DNA of 64,000 nt. Origin: Eledone cirrhosa. Lineage: Eukaryota. The translations under genes and the position numbers were made by a program. Location: the NCBI GenBank assembly GCA_964016885.1, contig OZ024740.1:185752001-185816000 (forward strand). The letters are read 5' to 3'. The notes under the pieces were generated by a model. The model worked only from the letters and a program-made list of their open reading frames with translations, was not told where the DNA came from and did not search any database. Shown one piece after another: positions 31,386-45,239 of this stretch (the first letter of the stretch is position 1; every line of letters starts with the position of its first letter).

Positions 31386-31631
31386 GTGCCCATCAGTGTG
31401 CAATGCATGTGTGCGTTTATGTATGTGTGTGTGTCGGCAAGTTTATATCTATAGACATCAAAAGGTACGCAAATTTGTGTACATTTGTGTTGCACCATAG
31501 AACATGTGTGTTTACGTATGTCAATGTGTTTATATGTGGGTAGAGATGTGTGCTGATGTAGGTATGTATGTTGACGTGTGTATGTTGTGGGTTCGTCTTA
31601 GGGAGAAGTGTTTAGACGGGGTCCGCATTTG

Positions 31632-31694
<63 letters not shown>

Positions 31695-31919
31695 AAGAAA
31701 TTAAAAGATGGTTAAAAAAGTTCCATGTATTTTATTATGTGCATTTCAAAAACAAATAACATCCTAGGACGATATTTGCGTTCTCATCAGATGAAATAGG
31801 GAGACATGATATGATGCTTAGAAAACACTTGTGAACAAGGTAGTGTCTAATCAACATATGATAATTAAATTTAAAAGGATATAGAAGATTGGAACAAAGG
31901 GAGAGGAAGGGTGTGTGTG

Positions 31920-32200
31920 TCATTATCTTTAAATTTGTAGAGGGGAAAGATTCTGAAGTTGGGATGATTTTGGGCGGCACAGGTATCAATGTGTTCACTC
32001 AGTGTTATTTTCCTGTATTCCCGTATATTAATTTGGGATCTATGGACAGTCATGCGTTGGCGGAGGCTGTTTTTGGTCTGGCCTATGTATTGTTCTCGAC
32101 AACCTGAGCAAGTTAATACATATATTAGATTTTCCGATGCACATGTGAAATTGTGTTTTACTATAAAACTTTGTCCTTCTTTGAAATAGAATTCCGAACC
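31920..32200 (-). pseudogene. PLE GIY-YIG endonuclease fragment
   Basis: Manual translation: HNFTCASENLIYVLTCSGCREQYIGQTKNSLRQRMTVHRSQINIREYRKITLSEHIDTCA. Confidence 0.9.
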
Positions 32201-32201
32201 C

Positions 32202-32233
<32 letters not shown>

Positions 32234-32552
32234 GGGGGGGGGGGTGTATATATATATATAGATTTCGTTTCTGAATTTGTTTAGCAAGATTCTTTATCTG
32301 AAAACGTGTGTTGAAACCTATATTGTTATGCTTTGGGAGGGTCATGTTGCCAATAAGAAACAAACGCACCAGTTCTTTTCACTTCAACTTATTATGAATG
32401 AAATTTATAAATTTAAATTTAGAAATTTATAAATTTCCGGTTGGTTGGTTGGTTCCACAACCAGACGATTGTTCATATATTGTCAACGTTCTGTCGTCAC
32501 ACATTCTTATTGGCAACATGACCCTCCCAAAGCATAACAATATATATATATA

Positions 32553-33623
32553 TGTGAAAATTCATACTTATAAATTTACTTTCGAAATTTTCAAAACAAA
32601 ATCATGTGGTGTCGTTCATGTGTCTGTTAATATTATTGCTCCCACTTAAGGTCGACTTCTAAATCACTTGTGTGTTCCATAAACGACATCCTCGTTTTGT
32701 TTCTCATCTATCTAGACTAGATTTTAGACTACACACACATACACGTGTGTGTATGGTTGTATATACACCCTCACACTATACACGCACGCCATAAAACCTT
32801 ATTCCAATAATATAATTTCCTTTACAACCCTACTGCTGCCATACAATTTGTCTCTTGCTTAAAATTCCCCATCCCCATTTGAACTCTTGACCAGTCAATT
32901 AACACGATCAGATATACACACATATATTTACAGAATATTCCCTTTGCCATAAAAAACAATTTCGTTCTGTGAAGCAACACAACCACCAACATTATTGCTA
33001 CTATCATGACTACACCTCTCTCTCTCTCTCTCTCCATTTCTTTATCTCTTCACAAGAACTCAAACTCCAGTCCCCCTCTGAGCAAGGCAGATTGGAAAAA
33101 AACTTACTCCCTCACTTAATTTTAAATATTTAATTTTTAGTTTTTATTTCTTATTAATTCTTTTTAATTGAAATACTCAACATTTGATAAGATGAATTTT
33201 AATAATACATAGAAACCGGTAATACTTTATATAATTTATATACATTATAAAACCTTAAAAAAAAGAATTGTCCCTCTCATTTTTTCAATAATATCATCTT
33301 TTCAATAATGTTACTTTGACGAGTTTGAATCTGACTGACATGCAAAAACATATATATGAATAAAGTAAGCTCAAATCATAGTAGATTCAAATATCACAAA
33401 GTGAAAGAGAGGCGGGGATGAGGTGCAACATAATGAAACATGTGTTACAGGTTAATATATAGTCGAGATAGATGTGAAACAAAACGAGGATGCAGTTTAT
33501 GGAACACCCAAGTCATTTAGAAGTCGACCTTCGGTAGGAGCATTAACATTAAGAAAGACTTGAACACCATAAAACTGTGTTTTGAAAATTTTGAAAGTAG
33601 GTTTATAAGTATGACTTTTCATA
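32553..33623. mobile_element. Old MITE/fold-back-like element with about 160-bp diverged inverted repeats
   Basis: 32553-32712 is the reverse complement of 33466-33623 (aggtcgacttctaaat...gttccataaac...catcctcgttttgtttc). A third partial copy lies at about 33870-33975. Confidence 0.6.
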
Positions 33624-34194
33624 ATATTTTCGTAGTGGTCTCAGTGGACAAGCGGTAGGTACTAGATACGATAGATATCCTATCCTGGGGTCCAATTCTG
33701 ATCAAGAGGTACATGTAACCTTTTTCAGTTTGTATTTTGCAACCCAAATAAAAAAAGAAAAGGTTTACTAGAAACCCTTCTCCTGACCAGTATCGAACGT
33801 TAGTCGAAGATCACCATCGTCTATGATTATTCCAACTAGACCACCGAAACATCTACATAAGTATAATGAAAATTGATATTTATAAACCTACTTTCAAAAT
33901 CAAAGTTAAAAAGATGTGGTTTCGTTTATGGCTTTCCTAGATCTATTAGTAATATTTAGGGTCGACTTCTGGTCATTATTGAAAGTCTTTGAATTTCGCA
34001 AAATACATAAAATTTTCTATTGGAGAAGGTAATTATTTTTCCGCAAAAAATTGTATTGCACTGTTTTGTTTCCACTTATATATTTTTCGAAAACGCTATT
34101 TATTCATTATAATAATCAAATGATAGCATTCTATATGTAGGTTGGACCCCTTCATCTCCTGGCAACCAACATTTTTAGACCGAGTCCGCCATTG

Positions 34195-34225
<31 letters not shown>

Positions 34226-34316
34226 TGTGACAGTAAACAAGAAACAAACAAAACAAAGAAAACAACGTGGAAGCGAAGAGGCAGTACAAATGTTAATATT
34301 AGTTTCATATATATAT

Positions 34317-34601
34317 CAGGGGCGAAGGGTGCGTGCATGCAACGCATGCAATGAGTGCGTTATAAAATCTTCAGTTGATCAATTGCGTCGGTTGAAGCAA
34401 GCAGAATTGTTTGCTGCTTACTAAATCGTAGACACACAAAAAGATATCACACACACACTAGATAACACTACATGCGGCTTTGACCGAGAGCGTCATTTAG
34501 AGGGAATCGGTGGGGGAGGGGTGGGTAAGGCTGCACAGCCCCACTTTCCGCCGTGGCGATTAGACTGCATGCCCTGCTTTCCAGGTTACGCTTCGCCACT
34601 G
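34317..34601. mobile_element. hAT-like MITE (285 bp)
   Basis: 14-bp TIRs CAGGGGCGAAGGGT / CAGTGGCGAAGCGT (2 mismatches). 8-bp flanks ATATATAT on both sides; these lie in a TA tract, so the TSD is ambiguous. Confidence 0.65.
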
Positions 34602-34627
34602 ATATATATGCGTGTGTGTGTGTGTAT

Positions 34628-35105
34628 TATTGAGTAAAATAACAGGTGGCTGGACTGGTTAAATCATCAGGTGTTTATTGCATACAAGTTATTTAATAAA
34701 GGAATGATAGTAAACACAATCCAAGAGCCGAAAAAGCAGAGAGAAATGTTGAAGACGCGAAGGCGGTCAGGTACAGCTGTTGCCAGTCTGGCTGACTGCC
34801 TTCAAATGAGGTATCTCATCAATTTCGTCTTGCCGAATTGGTCACGGGCCTGTATACTTAGTATGCATACTACTCCCCCCCCCCCTACCGGTTGGATTTG
34901 GGGGCTGTATACGTAGTACGCCTACTACTACCACGCTGCCATTCACCGCCATATGGAGACATGCTAGTGTTAAAGGAGATCAGGTTACATAGAAAAAAGC
35001 TTTTAGTTGGATGAGTTGCGTAACCACGAGTGCTTTCTTCTAACATTACATCATGGCTGACTATACGCAATGACTAGTTCTATCCAGTGGTGAACCAACA
35101 AACCT
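34628..35105 (-). mobile_element. Probable PLE pLTR remnant with degenerate hammerhead
   Basis: Minus strand about 34810-34770: TTGAAGG-CAGTC agcca GACTG-GCAA-CAGCTGT-A (palindromic ACAGCTGT). Confidence 0.45.
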
Positions 35106-35298
35106 AAAACAAATGTATATATATATATGTATATGTGTGTGTGGGTGGGGGTGGGGTATATGTGTGTGTGTGTGTAGTGGCACAACACACACAGTCACTT
35201 TCTAATAGGCACGAACACACACTACATATAATCATATTTACAGAAATGTGTTTAATGTCTAGACATTTAGGATTGACTTGTGGGCGTAGATATCTATA

Positions 35299-35371
<73 letters not shown>

Positions 35372-38300
35372 ATACACACATATAGATATCTACGCCCACA
35401 AGTCAATCCTAAATGTATATATATATATATACTGCAACATTATAATGTAACCTGGTAGCCGTGTCTGTTCTCAATATTTATATACAATTGAAATGTTTTC
35501 ATTGTATATTTGGGAGTTTAATTAATCACCCCATAACTTTGAATTTGGATAATATCCAGAAATGAAATGTAATGACTAAACATTTTTTTTTTTTTATCTT
35601 TTCTTTCATCAATGATTTTATTTTCGAGGAAAATATAACATTCATATTAACTCACTTTATTTTCATTTCGCCAAAATATATCTGAAAATAAATATAGAGA
35701 ATTAGTGAGAAGTTACTTGAAGTAGCTAATTATATAGTGTTACAGTAAATAGGCGACTGTTTTATAACTATTTATGTAACCTTGAAAACACGTTCACTAA
35801 AACGCAAACCAGAATTATTGATATATGTTTTCACTGTACAAATATCTCTGCTGCTTGCTTAAAAACAAAATCAACATATACTGTACGCACCTGTCGTAGC
35901 AGAAATTTTGAAATCGATTCCTGACTTTCATCTTCAACAGATGTTCATGGTATTTTCATTCTACTTAGTTTTGCAAGTAATGAGACCTCTTCAATGCACC
36001 CCCAGTAACTTATTATGCCGCGAGATTGTACAAGTGTTCATTAGCTATCTGAGTCTCTCTTATGGTGTTATCGATAGATTTCTATCACTTGAATTTCTTC
36101 TTTTTCTTGAGGAATAATGTCATTGTCTACAATGTTAAAGAGATTTATTAGTTTTTTTATCTGTTTAAAGCATTACTAAACAACAATCACTTTACATGGG
36201 ATCAAAATAATTATTACTTGTGTTGATTATTTTCTGAAAATATACAAATAAAATAAGTTAGGTGTATTTCAGAGTAACGTCTAACTGCCATTGACGAATG
36301 TTAATTAGATTATTTTTGATAGAAGGAAATTATGATTATACATGTAATAAGCATCTTCTTTATGTGCTTTTAATATATTCTGTTTAGAGACATTTCGTCA
36401 TTAACGTTTTCATTAAAATATAATGATTAAACAGTGATTTCGTCCACCTGATGCTTCTTTAGCCTACCTAAACCCTCATTACAAGAGTTTCCCAGATACC
36501 ACATAGAAACGTGCACTACTGACTCCAAAAATATAGAGCACGAAAATCCCCTCCAATGAGTAAATAGCAATTTTGTCTCCAATAGCATAAACTCCAAAAC
36601 GTAACATATCAAAAGGGGAACGCCGTAACCACGTTGTTTTTGGTATAAGCGATACGGAGTTAGAGACATCCAAACAACTATACATATTAGCCCTGAACAT
36701 CACTGAACATGACTCCCGGGAACACCCATATTAAACGTAACCTGGTTTACAGCATAATGCCTGACATTCTACAGAAAAGTCAATAAATATTGAATCTCAC
36801 TAGCATCAATTACCTCAGGTGTGTCTCACAATAGTAATGTTCCACATCGCGCTTCACACTACTATTTCGTACACATACATCATAGACTGTATATAAACAA
36901 ATAGGGCCACGAATGTTGAAGTCGTTCTCTAACACAGTCCAAGCCCTAGTTTACAAATTGGATATATCTTCCTTCTGACTTTTCTACATCTACTACGATA
37001 GCGTCAGTTCTTCAGAGCTATCTTTCTGCGTACCACATTCAACTTACTTACTTGTCAACCATAGCGACTTGGTTCCCATACTAACATCTACACATAGTCT
37101 TTCGTCTCCAGTTTGTCAAAATTGCCTCTGTGCTCTTTCTCAAGCAACTGAAAATGAGAAACATAAATGGTGTTAATGTCACCAGTCTCAGAGGACATGT
37201 GAATGTCTAAGAAACATACTCTTTCCCACAGTCAAAAACAATACAAAATCAAAAGAAATTGGCAGGCAAAAATTGTGTGGGAGCGCGATGCATAGACACG
37301 TACCTGTGTGATTGTGTATATCTTTGGTTGAAATATACCAACATTAAATATATACATCGAAAGGAGAATGCTTTCCAATAAAGCATACAAATGATTTCAC
37401 CACAATCAATTCTAATGAAATATCCAACGTGGCAATATATACATTTTATTCTGTTGTTCTCAACTACGAGTGATGTTAACATTACTGTTTTTGACTACAT
37501 ACGTGTGTGTGTGGTGTGGGCGTGGGGGTATATATGCCTATGTGTGTGTGTGTGTGTGTGTTTTGTGTGCATGCATATGTGTAGGTATTTTTCAACTCTG
37601 CATTTAATTCCTACCCTTGGAGTCACGGGTATAGCTCCACGGCTAAAATAAAAAATACACCGCTATACTTATGTATTGAGATTAATTTCATCTGCAATGA
37701 GAAACAAACACACACACATACACGACTCATGCACACATATTATTATGTATTTATAAGCAGATAGAGATCAAAGCCCCCGAAGGCGGCATGTCATTGTTTT
37801 ATTCATGGTTAAAACAAGACATGAACAAACCAAAATCCTACTTCCCTATAATATAGAGATGTAATGACAACTGATGAAAACAATACTACATACAAAGCAT
37901 AACAGAGGGGGACAACTTATTGTCATCAATAGAACCATCCACGATAGATCATATTTTTTTCTTTTTCTTTTTGTTATTGTTTTTGTATATGACGCCTTTC
38001 AGCTTGAAATCTGCGTTCAGGCGGAATAGGTTGCGTTTTGATATACAAAGCGTTCTTTATTCTCCTTTGTTTACAGAATGCATTTCGCTTTAGTAATGCG
38101 TTTTGTGATGTCTCTTGATCTAGAATATTAGTGCTGTCGGTTTCAATGTCAGCGCGTCATGACACAGCGCTTTCCCTATATCAGCTCTAAAATACATATG
38201 TTATGAGAGAAAATCAGTTTAGCTTCCAAGCTTAAATATTACAGTTCGTTTGTGATATGAATATTTTAATAAATATTTCATGACAGATGCTTGTCAAACA

Positions 38301-38647
38301 TTACGAACTTGGGGAACGAGGTGTTGAGTGTATCACGAGTTTCTTCCCAAAACGTCTTAGAAATATGACTGTTTCCATAAATTGCACAGAGATACATACC
38401 TCTGTATATATTAGCACACACGTCCACTCACACACAATTTCACACTACCCTATGGCAGCTAGAACTGATCTATATATATCTATAGATCACAGGTACCCTT
38501 TTCCCAGGAAAACACATCTGATGCGAGCATATAGTACATGTTGATGTACCTAATGCATGAACAACTTTAGGAAATGAGTATATTTATGTTCCCCCTACAT
38601 ATATATTTATATTAACAAACACACACACACACTCTTCCCCTCATATA

Positions 38648-38699
<52 letters not shown>

Positions 38700-39297
38700 G
38701 GGAAGTGTGTGTGTTTGTTAATGCTTGTGTGTCTGTGTAGTAAAAAGTATCATTGGATGTGAAAAGTGAATAGGAAAAAGAGCGTTCCATCTAATGTGAG
38801 AGCTAATGTATTATGTATTGACATTCATACAAATAACAAACATATCTATACTAGATTTACAGATTCAGTTATGCCTATCACCTAAGGTTGTATATGGGGG
38901 TTCAGAATGCATGGATAAACTTTCAAATTCGTGACCTAGTCATCAGGCGGTGGGATGATTTTGAATATAACGCTAACGTATAGTCTTTATAGAGTGCCTT
39001 TATGAAATATTTATTTATTTAGTTAGATAATATAACAAAGGGAAATACGTGGGTCTCGAAACATAAGGTATCGGTTTCTGTTATGTATGTACATAAATAA
39101 ATAAGTATGTATGTACTCATCTGTGTATGTATGTATGCGTTATATATATATATATATTGTTTATATATATATATATATTTATATATACATATATATATAT
39201 ATATAGTACACAATCTATCATAGACTTAACATATATGTGCGACCACTATATAGGGTGTGTGTATCTATGTATTTTTACTGTAATATTCATTAATAAT

Positions 39298-39716
39298 TGT
39301 TTCTACTTTAGGCACAAGGCCCGCAATAACCCAGTACATTACTGGTACTTTATTTTATCGACTCCATAAGGACGAAAGGCAAAGTTGATCTTGGCGGGCT
39401 TTGAATTCAGAATGGAAAGGGCTGTAACTCTGTGCGTCAAAGCATGGTGTCCGACTCTCTAGAGATACTTCCAATCCACCGCCCTTATTCATTAATAATG
39501 GTTTCTTATATAGGCACAAAGCCAGTAATTTGGGGGGAGCGGAAAGTCGATTAAATCGACCTCAGTGCGTGACTGGTACATTATTTTATCGATCCCATAA
39601 GGATGAAAGGCAAAGTTAACCTCGGCGGGATTTGAGCTCAGATCATAAAGAGCCGTAACTCTATGCTGCAAAGCATGGCGTCCGACCCTCTACCGATACT
39701 GCCAATCCAACGGCCT
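39298..39716 (-). mobile_element. Two SINE A copies inserted serially at one site
   Basis: tattcattaataat is present three times (39284-39297, 39486-39499, 39717-39730), bracketing two SINEs. Confidence 0.92.
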
Positions 39717-40189
39717 TATTCATTAATAATGTTATTAAATTTCCATATTCAACATAACGTTGCCTCCAACAAATAACATTTTATCACTCAGCCTCATTAA
39801 TTTGGTTATTGTATGATTTAGTTATATCTTAATGGCATCTCAACAGAGAGTTTAATAAATGTCTTCATTCTCTTAACAACAATCATTATTCTTTTCCAAC
39901 AAAAGCAGCAGGTGATTCTCTTCATGATTTTATTATGGAATAATTATTGTTTTCACGTGGATGTAATTAAAGATTTTGAAAAATATTTTGAATGAATGTA
40001 AAGAAAATAATATCTCAATATATAAATATAATGATATTTCGTATCATCTTTCGTAGTTTAGAATTAATGTTCAAAGAATGCTATACATGTAAACCATTAA
40101 TAAGATGTAAACATAAATGTAAACTGTATATTGTTTTGCTGAGGAATTATCGATAACAAGACTAAGTTTAATGTCTCTCTACAGCCCGA

Positions 40190-40440
40190 CGTCTCATCAT
40201 ATCGGTGCTTATTCCGATTTCGATGGCGTGAATTGACTCAGAGTACAAGCCTCCCAACTGGACAGGACACCTGTCCATCGCAGTGTTAGACTCCAGCTAT
40301 TGTGTGTACTCATTTCCAGCTGAGTATACTGGGGCGACGTTAAACGAAGTGTTTAATCAAATACACGACACGCCACTGTCAAGGACTCGAACCCATGATA
40401 TTTAGATGGTACGTTCACCATCCTTACTACTTGGCAAACA
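40190..40440 (-). mobile_element. tRNA-derived SINE family B, diverged
   Basis: Reverse complement of 5401-5660 (gtccatcgcag...ctccagctattg...gtactcattt..agctgagta). Confidence 0.8.
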
Positions 40441-41088
40441 TTATTAAGGGAATCATATTCATTCGGTTGCATTAATGAGAGTTTCACATTAATTGTCGCC
40501 CCTATATTGATGTGATAATATGAAACAACATCAATGGTTATCCTTTACGAAAATAAATATGTGAGCACATGTAGTTTATGTGCTAAGAAATATTGCATCT
40601 TACTCGCCAAATATTCATTAAATACCAATGGGACTCAATTTCCAATATCGTACTGTCTCTGTCTCATCGTAATAGCATAAAAGACACTGTTTTATAAAGT
40701 TGGTGTAGAGTATGAATTCGGGAATAAAATAGGAAGTAATATACTAATGGGAAACTCTATAAATAACTGAACGTTTATGAATGAATATTGATCTATCTTC
40801 AAAAATCAAATTTGCTTGATTATTCATTGAACTGTTCAAAGACTTCTTAGGCTGGAACACAAATTATGCAACGGCCATTTTATATTGGAAAGCCACAGCC
40901 TTCTGTTAGAAATAGCACTTTCATCTTTGTATACACTGGCTGGAGGATGAAAGAAATCGCTTCATGATTTTCTACTTAGATTATCGATTTCTCTCTTTAA
41001 GTGAATATCAAGTTTTAATTTATAATCGATATTTTATATAACTCCATATTCTGTATTTCAATTACACACACACATGCACAGCACACCC

Positions 41089-41183
<95 letters not shown>

Positions 41184-41359
41184 ACGCACATGGATAGACA
41201 CACATATATATATGGATACATATATATTTATATCTATATGTATATACTTACATATATCTATATGTACATATATATATACAACGCACAGGGATAGACACAT
41301 ATATATATATATATATGCATACATATATATTTATATCTATATGTATATACTTACATATA

Positions 41360-41435
<76 letters not shown>

Positions 41436-41442
<7 letters not shown>

Positions 41443-41928
41443 TAAAAATAAGGAATAAAAACAAAGAAACAGTTCCTTATATTAAAAAATTCATCATTTT
41501 ACGATCGTTTCTAGGATATATATATGTGTGTTGTTATTATATCATATAGATCTATGTTAAATTTTTACAAACTATCAGAGGGAATATACATACCTACACA
41601 TATATATGCTGTCTTCTGAAGACAGCATATATATGTGTAGGTATGTATATTCCCTCTGATAGTTTGTAAATATTTTACATAGATCTATATGATATACATA
41701 CCAACACACACATATATATCCTAGAAACGATCGTAAAATGATGAATTTTTAAATATAAGGAACTGTTTCTTTGTTTTTAATCATTATTTTTATTAATTTA
41801 TCTTTACTCTGTTTTCCTGTGTTTTTCATCGAAACAATTTTGAATACATCTTCACTTTTCATGATATTCGGATTACATTGAGTTCTTCATACAGATTGGA
41901 CACTACCGTATATTCTGGTAGATTTATC

Positions 41929-41968
<40 letters not shown>

Positions 41969-42061
41969 GATAAATCTACCAAAATATACGGTAGTGTCTA
42001 ATCCGTGTGAAGAACTCAAAGTAATCCAAATATCATGAAAAGAGAAGATGTATTCAAAATT

Positions 42062-42062
<1 letters not shown>
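41436..42062 (+). mobile_element. PLE-type pLTR fragment with two fold-back duplications and an extended-helix-II hammerhead
   Basis: Palindrome 41436-41798 centred at 41617. A second palindrome 41838-42062 is centred on (TA)n. CTGAAGA at 41616 and GAAACGATCGTA at 41724. Confidence 0.7.
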
Positions 42063-42104
<42 letters not shown>

Positions 42105-42119
42105 AAATATATACATATG

Positions 42120-42151
<32 letters not shown>

Positions 42152-42196
42152 ATATATATATTTATATATAATGGAAAATATATATATACATATATA

Positions 42197-42236
<40 letters not shown>

Positions 42237-42304
42237 AATACATATATATATTTATATATATATATATTTATATATATACATATACTTATATGTATATATA
42301 TATT

Positions 42305-42393
<89 letters not shown>

Positions 42394-44499
42394 CTATGAA
42401 CCTCTAGAATTGACTTCCATAATTTAAAATTGCAACACTACCGTCTATACTGTTGCTCTCTTCGAGCGTGCACTGCCTGTCTGTAGGTGACATAAGCTTT
42501 ATGTTGGATAGATTATAGCAGATGATACATTTGGTATTTAAACAGTTGCACGAACATATGATTCATAATTCATGCTTATGTGAATGTACATACGTTATGG
42601 GTATGTATAATACTTACATAATCTTATTATGCGTACTTTAAGCTGCGATCGTTACCCAGCAGTCTCAGTTGCTATGTGGAAATCTCAAACTTAAATATAT
42701 AATATGCAAAAGGTATATAATGTATAGCTAATTTTGTCTCATCACCTAATAGGTAAATGTCACTGTAGATAGATGAATACACTAAAACGCTAATGATTGA
42801 CGTTTTCTCACGGCCACAGATATATGTATATATATACAGTATATATATATGTGTGGGTGTGCATGTGTGTGTGCGGGTGTGAGAGAGAGAGAGAAAGTGT
42901 GTGTGTATGTGTGTGTTCGTGCTAGTGTACGTGCGTGTGTGTGTGTGTGTGTGTGTGTGCGCGTGTGCGTGTGTGGGCGTATTTCTTCCGTTTATTAAGT
43001 TACTACATCCTGTGATCGAGTCGAGAATCAGACATTTGTCAGCATGTTTATGTAAGAACTCTTACACAATTATTGAGCTTTTAAAAACGCTCATCTCTGG
43101 AATGTATACAATTATGGAATCTTCACTGAACATTGGTATATATTAGTAGATGTAATATAAAGAAAAAACTAAAGTAATACAGAGTTGACGAGTGACAGTA
43201 TAATGAACAAATGTAGCATGAAAAATAAGGTAACAACAAAAAAGAAATTCATGAATGTTCGAAATAGGCGTTAAAATTTCAATCATGTTGGTTGGTCAAA
43301 AAATGCCGAATTCAGTAGACGCCGTTGATTAAGTTCATAGACTGTCTCCATCTTATCAGTGTACTTGTTCTGATGAACGATTTAATAGAAGCATTCCTCA
43401 CCGCAAATGAAAAAAAATGGATCATATAATGAGCGATTAATATATCTACTGAAACCATATAAGGATTATATATTTTCCCATATGTGCAAAGATAAGGGAT
43501 AAGGCAAAAAATAGTAGCAATAAAAATTAAAAATGAAAGAACTCAAGCAGCGATAGCCATAAAAAAAATTGATACCGCTTATAACATAAATAATAATAAA
43601 TAGAATATGTAAAAATAAGTTCCCCATGAGATTCGCCATAATAATGCCCACAATAATAATAAGGCTTGTAAGGTTAATACTATTCAAATATATATAGAGA
43701 TTATAACCGGAGAAAAATATAACGATTAAAACAACATTAACGATACAAATCATTAGACATAATATACTAATATAACCAAATATCCATTTTACGGTTTTCT
43801 CCCATTTGAATTTTTTTTTCAAATCTTGGAATGGGCAATCCTTGTGAGTCAATCGCACCCCTCCCAGTAGAGGTTACAGGCGCATCGCCAATTTTTACGG
43901 CATGAAATGGAGACGCGAATGTATTTTCGAACAGGCAAATCTGCCTGAACACGTCAAATGATAACCCGCAAAAAAGGATGACGCGGTATGACTATCTTTG
44001 TTGTATCAATCAACATTGCATTGTTTCTTTGTTGTCTTACTCGCGCCAAACACCAAGCTGGTACCGTTTACAGACACGCTGGGCTTCTTTTAAAAGCGGC
44101 TTTTACTTGCCTCTTCATAGTTACATCACTGGTTAGTGAGAGTTTTATTTGGTGCTAAAGGTGTCACCCATTCTTCCATCTCACCGAATTGTGGTCTATG
44201 ATTGCTTATTCGTCCGACAAGTGCCTGCTTCCATCGCAACTAGCCAGACGCGGCCTGTTCTTAAACAGCTGGCAAGATACGTAGAAAGTATTGGTTTATC
44301 TTGAAGTGGAAAATAACTCAGATTCACGATAGTATTGCATGGCGTATTCTTCTTTCTTAGACACCTCCTCATTTAAATTGTCTATCCCCAATTGCTAATT
44401 AATATACTTGTTTTCTCGATACCAGAGATCAAATTAACATCTATACTGTAGTTACTACAATTCATTACAAAAACGATTTATTATATGCAAGGTGCGGAG

Positions 44500-44815
44500 A
44501 AGCTTTTCTGCACATAGTGATTTCGTTTTACGTTCTGAGTCCAAGTCCCGCCAATGTTACCTTCCCCTTTCATCCTTACAAGGTCGATTATATTAAGTAC
44601 TCATAATATACTGGCGTGGATAGAGCGTCGTACACCATGCGTTGTAGTGTAGAGTTACGGCCCTTAACGTTTCAGATTTCAAATCCCGCCCAGGTGAGCT
44701 TTCTCTTTCATCTTTACGGAGTCGATAACATTTAGCACCAATAATGCACTGTGGTCAATTTAATTGAGTTTCCCCTCCCATCCCATTGTGCCTATAGTAG
44801 AAACCATTATTATTA
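44500..44815 (+). mobile_element. Two diverged SINE A copies in tandem
   Basis: Two B-box/core segments, ending in gtagaaaccattattatt. Confidence 0.8.
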
Positions 44816-45040
44816 GCCGTGGTCTTTTGTGTAGTTTTTGGCATGTGTAGTTTTTTGGCATGAGGTTTCACCTTTGTTGAGAAATTTTTGTTGTTTCAAT
44901 TTTTTTATTTGTTTTTACACTTTTCTATGTTCTCGTTATATCATTTTTACACAGCCAAAACCAACTTTGTATCAGCTTGTACCTTTCTGTGCCGTCTGTA
45001 ATGTTTTCTTCATGTTAGCCCTTGTGGCCACTAAAAAACA
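44816..45040 (+). mobile_element. Tx1-like LINE 3' UTR fragment
   Basis: gccgtggtcttttgtgt...ctgtgccgtctgtaatgtttt...agcccttgtggcca matches 57077-57320. Confidence 0.85.
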
Positions 45041-45042
45041 TT

Positions 45043-45239
45043 GGGCAGTGGATAGGTAGTATCGGTAGAGAGTCGGACGCCATGCTTTGAATCATAGAGT
45101 TACCTCCCTTTATGAGCTGAGTTCAAATCCCGCCGAGGATAATTTTGCCATTCATCCTTACGGGGTCGATAAAATAAAGTACCAGTAATGCACTGGCGTA
45201 ATTGGTGGCCTTGTGCCCAAAGTAGAAACAATTATTATT
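45043..45239 (+). mobile_element. SINE family A
   Basis: Full length with (ATT)n tail. Confidence 0.92.

Larger units (their letters stand above)
30189..32200 (-). mobile_element. 5'-truncated PLE (GIY-YIG domain plus long 3' UTR/pLTR)
   Basis: Colinear with the reverse complement of 6850-7687, with extra internal segments. GIY-YIG coding at 31920-32200. Confidence 0.88.

Noticed and set aside
37052-37147. Minus-strand exon with good acceptor (tttctcattttcag) and donor (gtaagt)
   Set aside because: Stops in all three frames and no supporting neighbouring exons; it could only be a non-coding exon.
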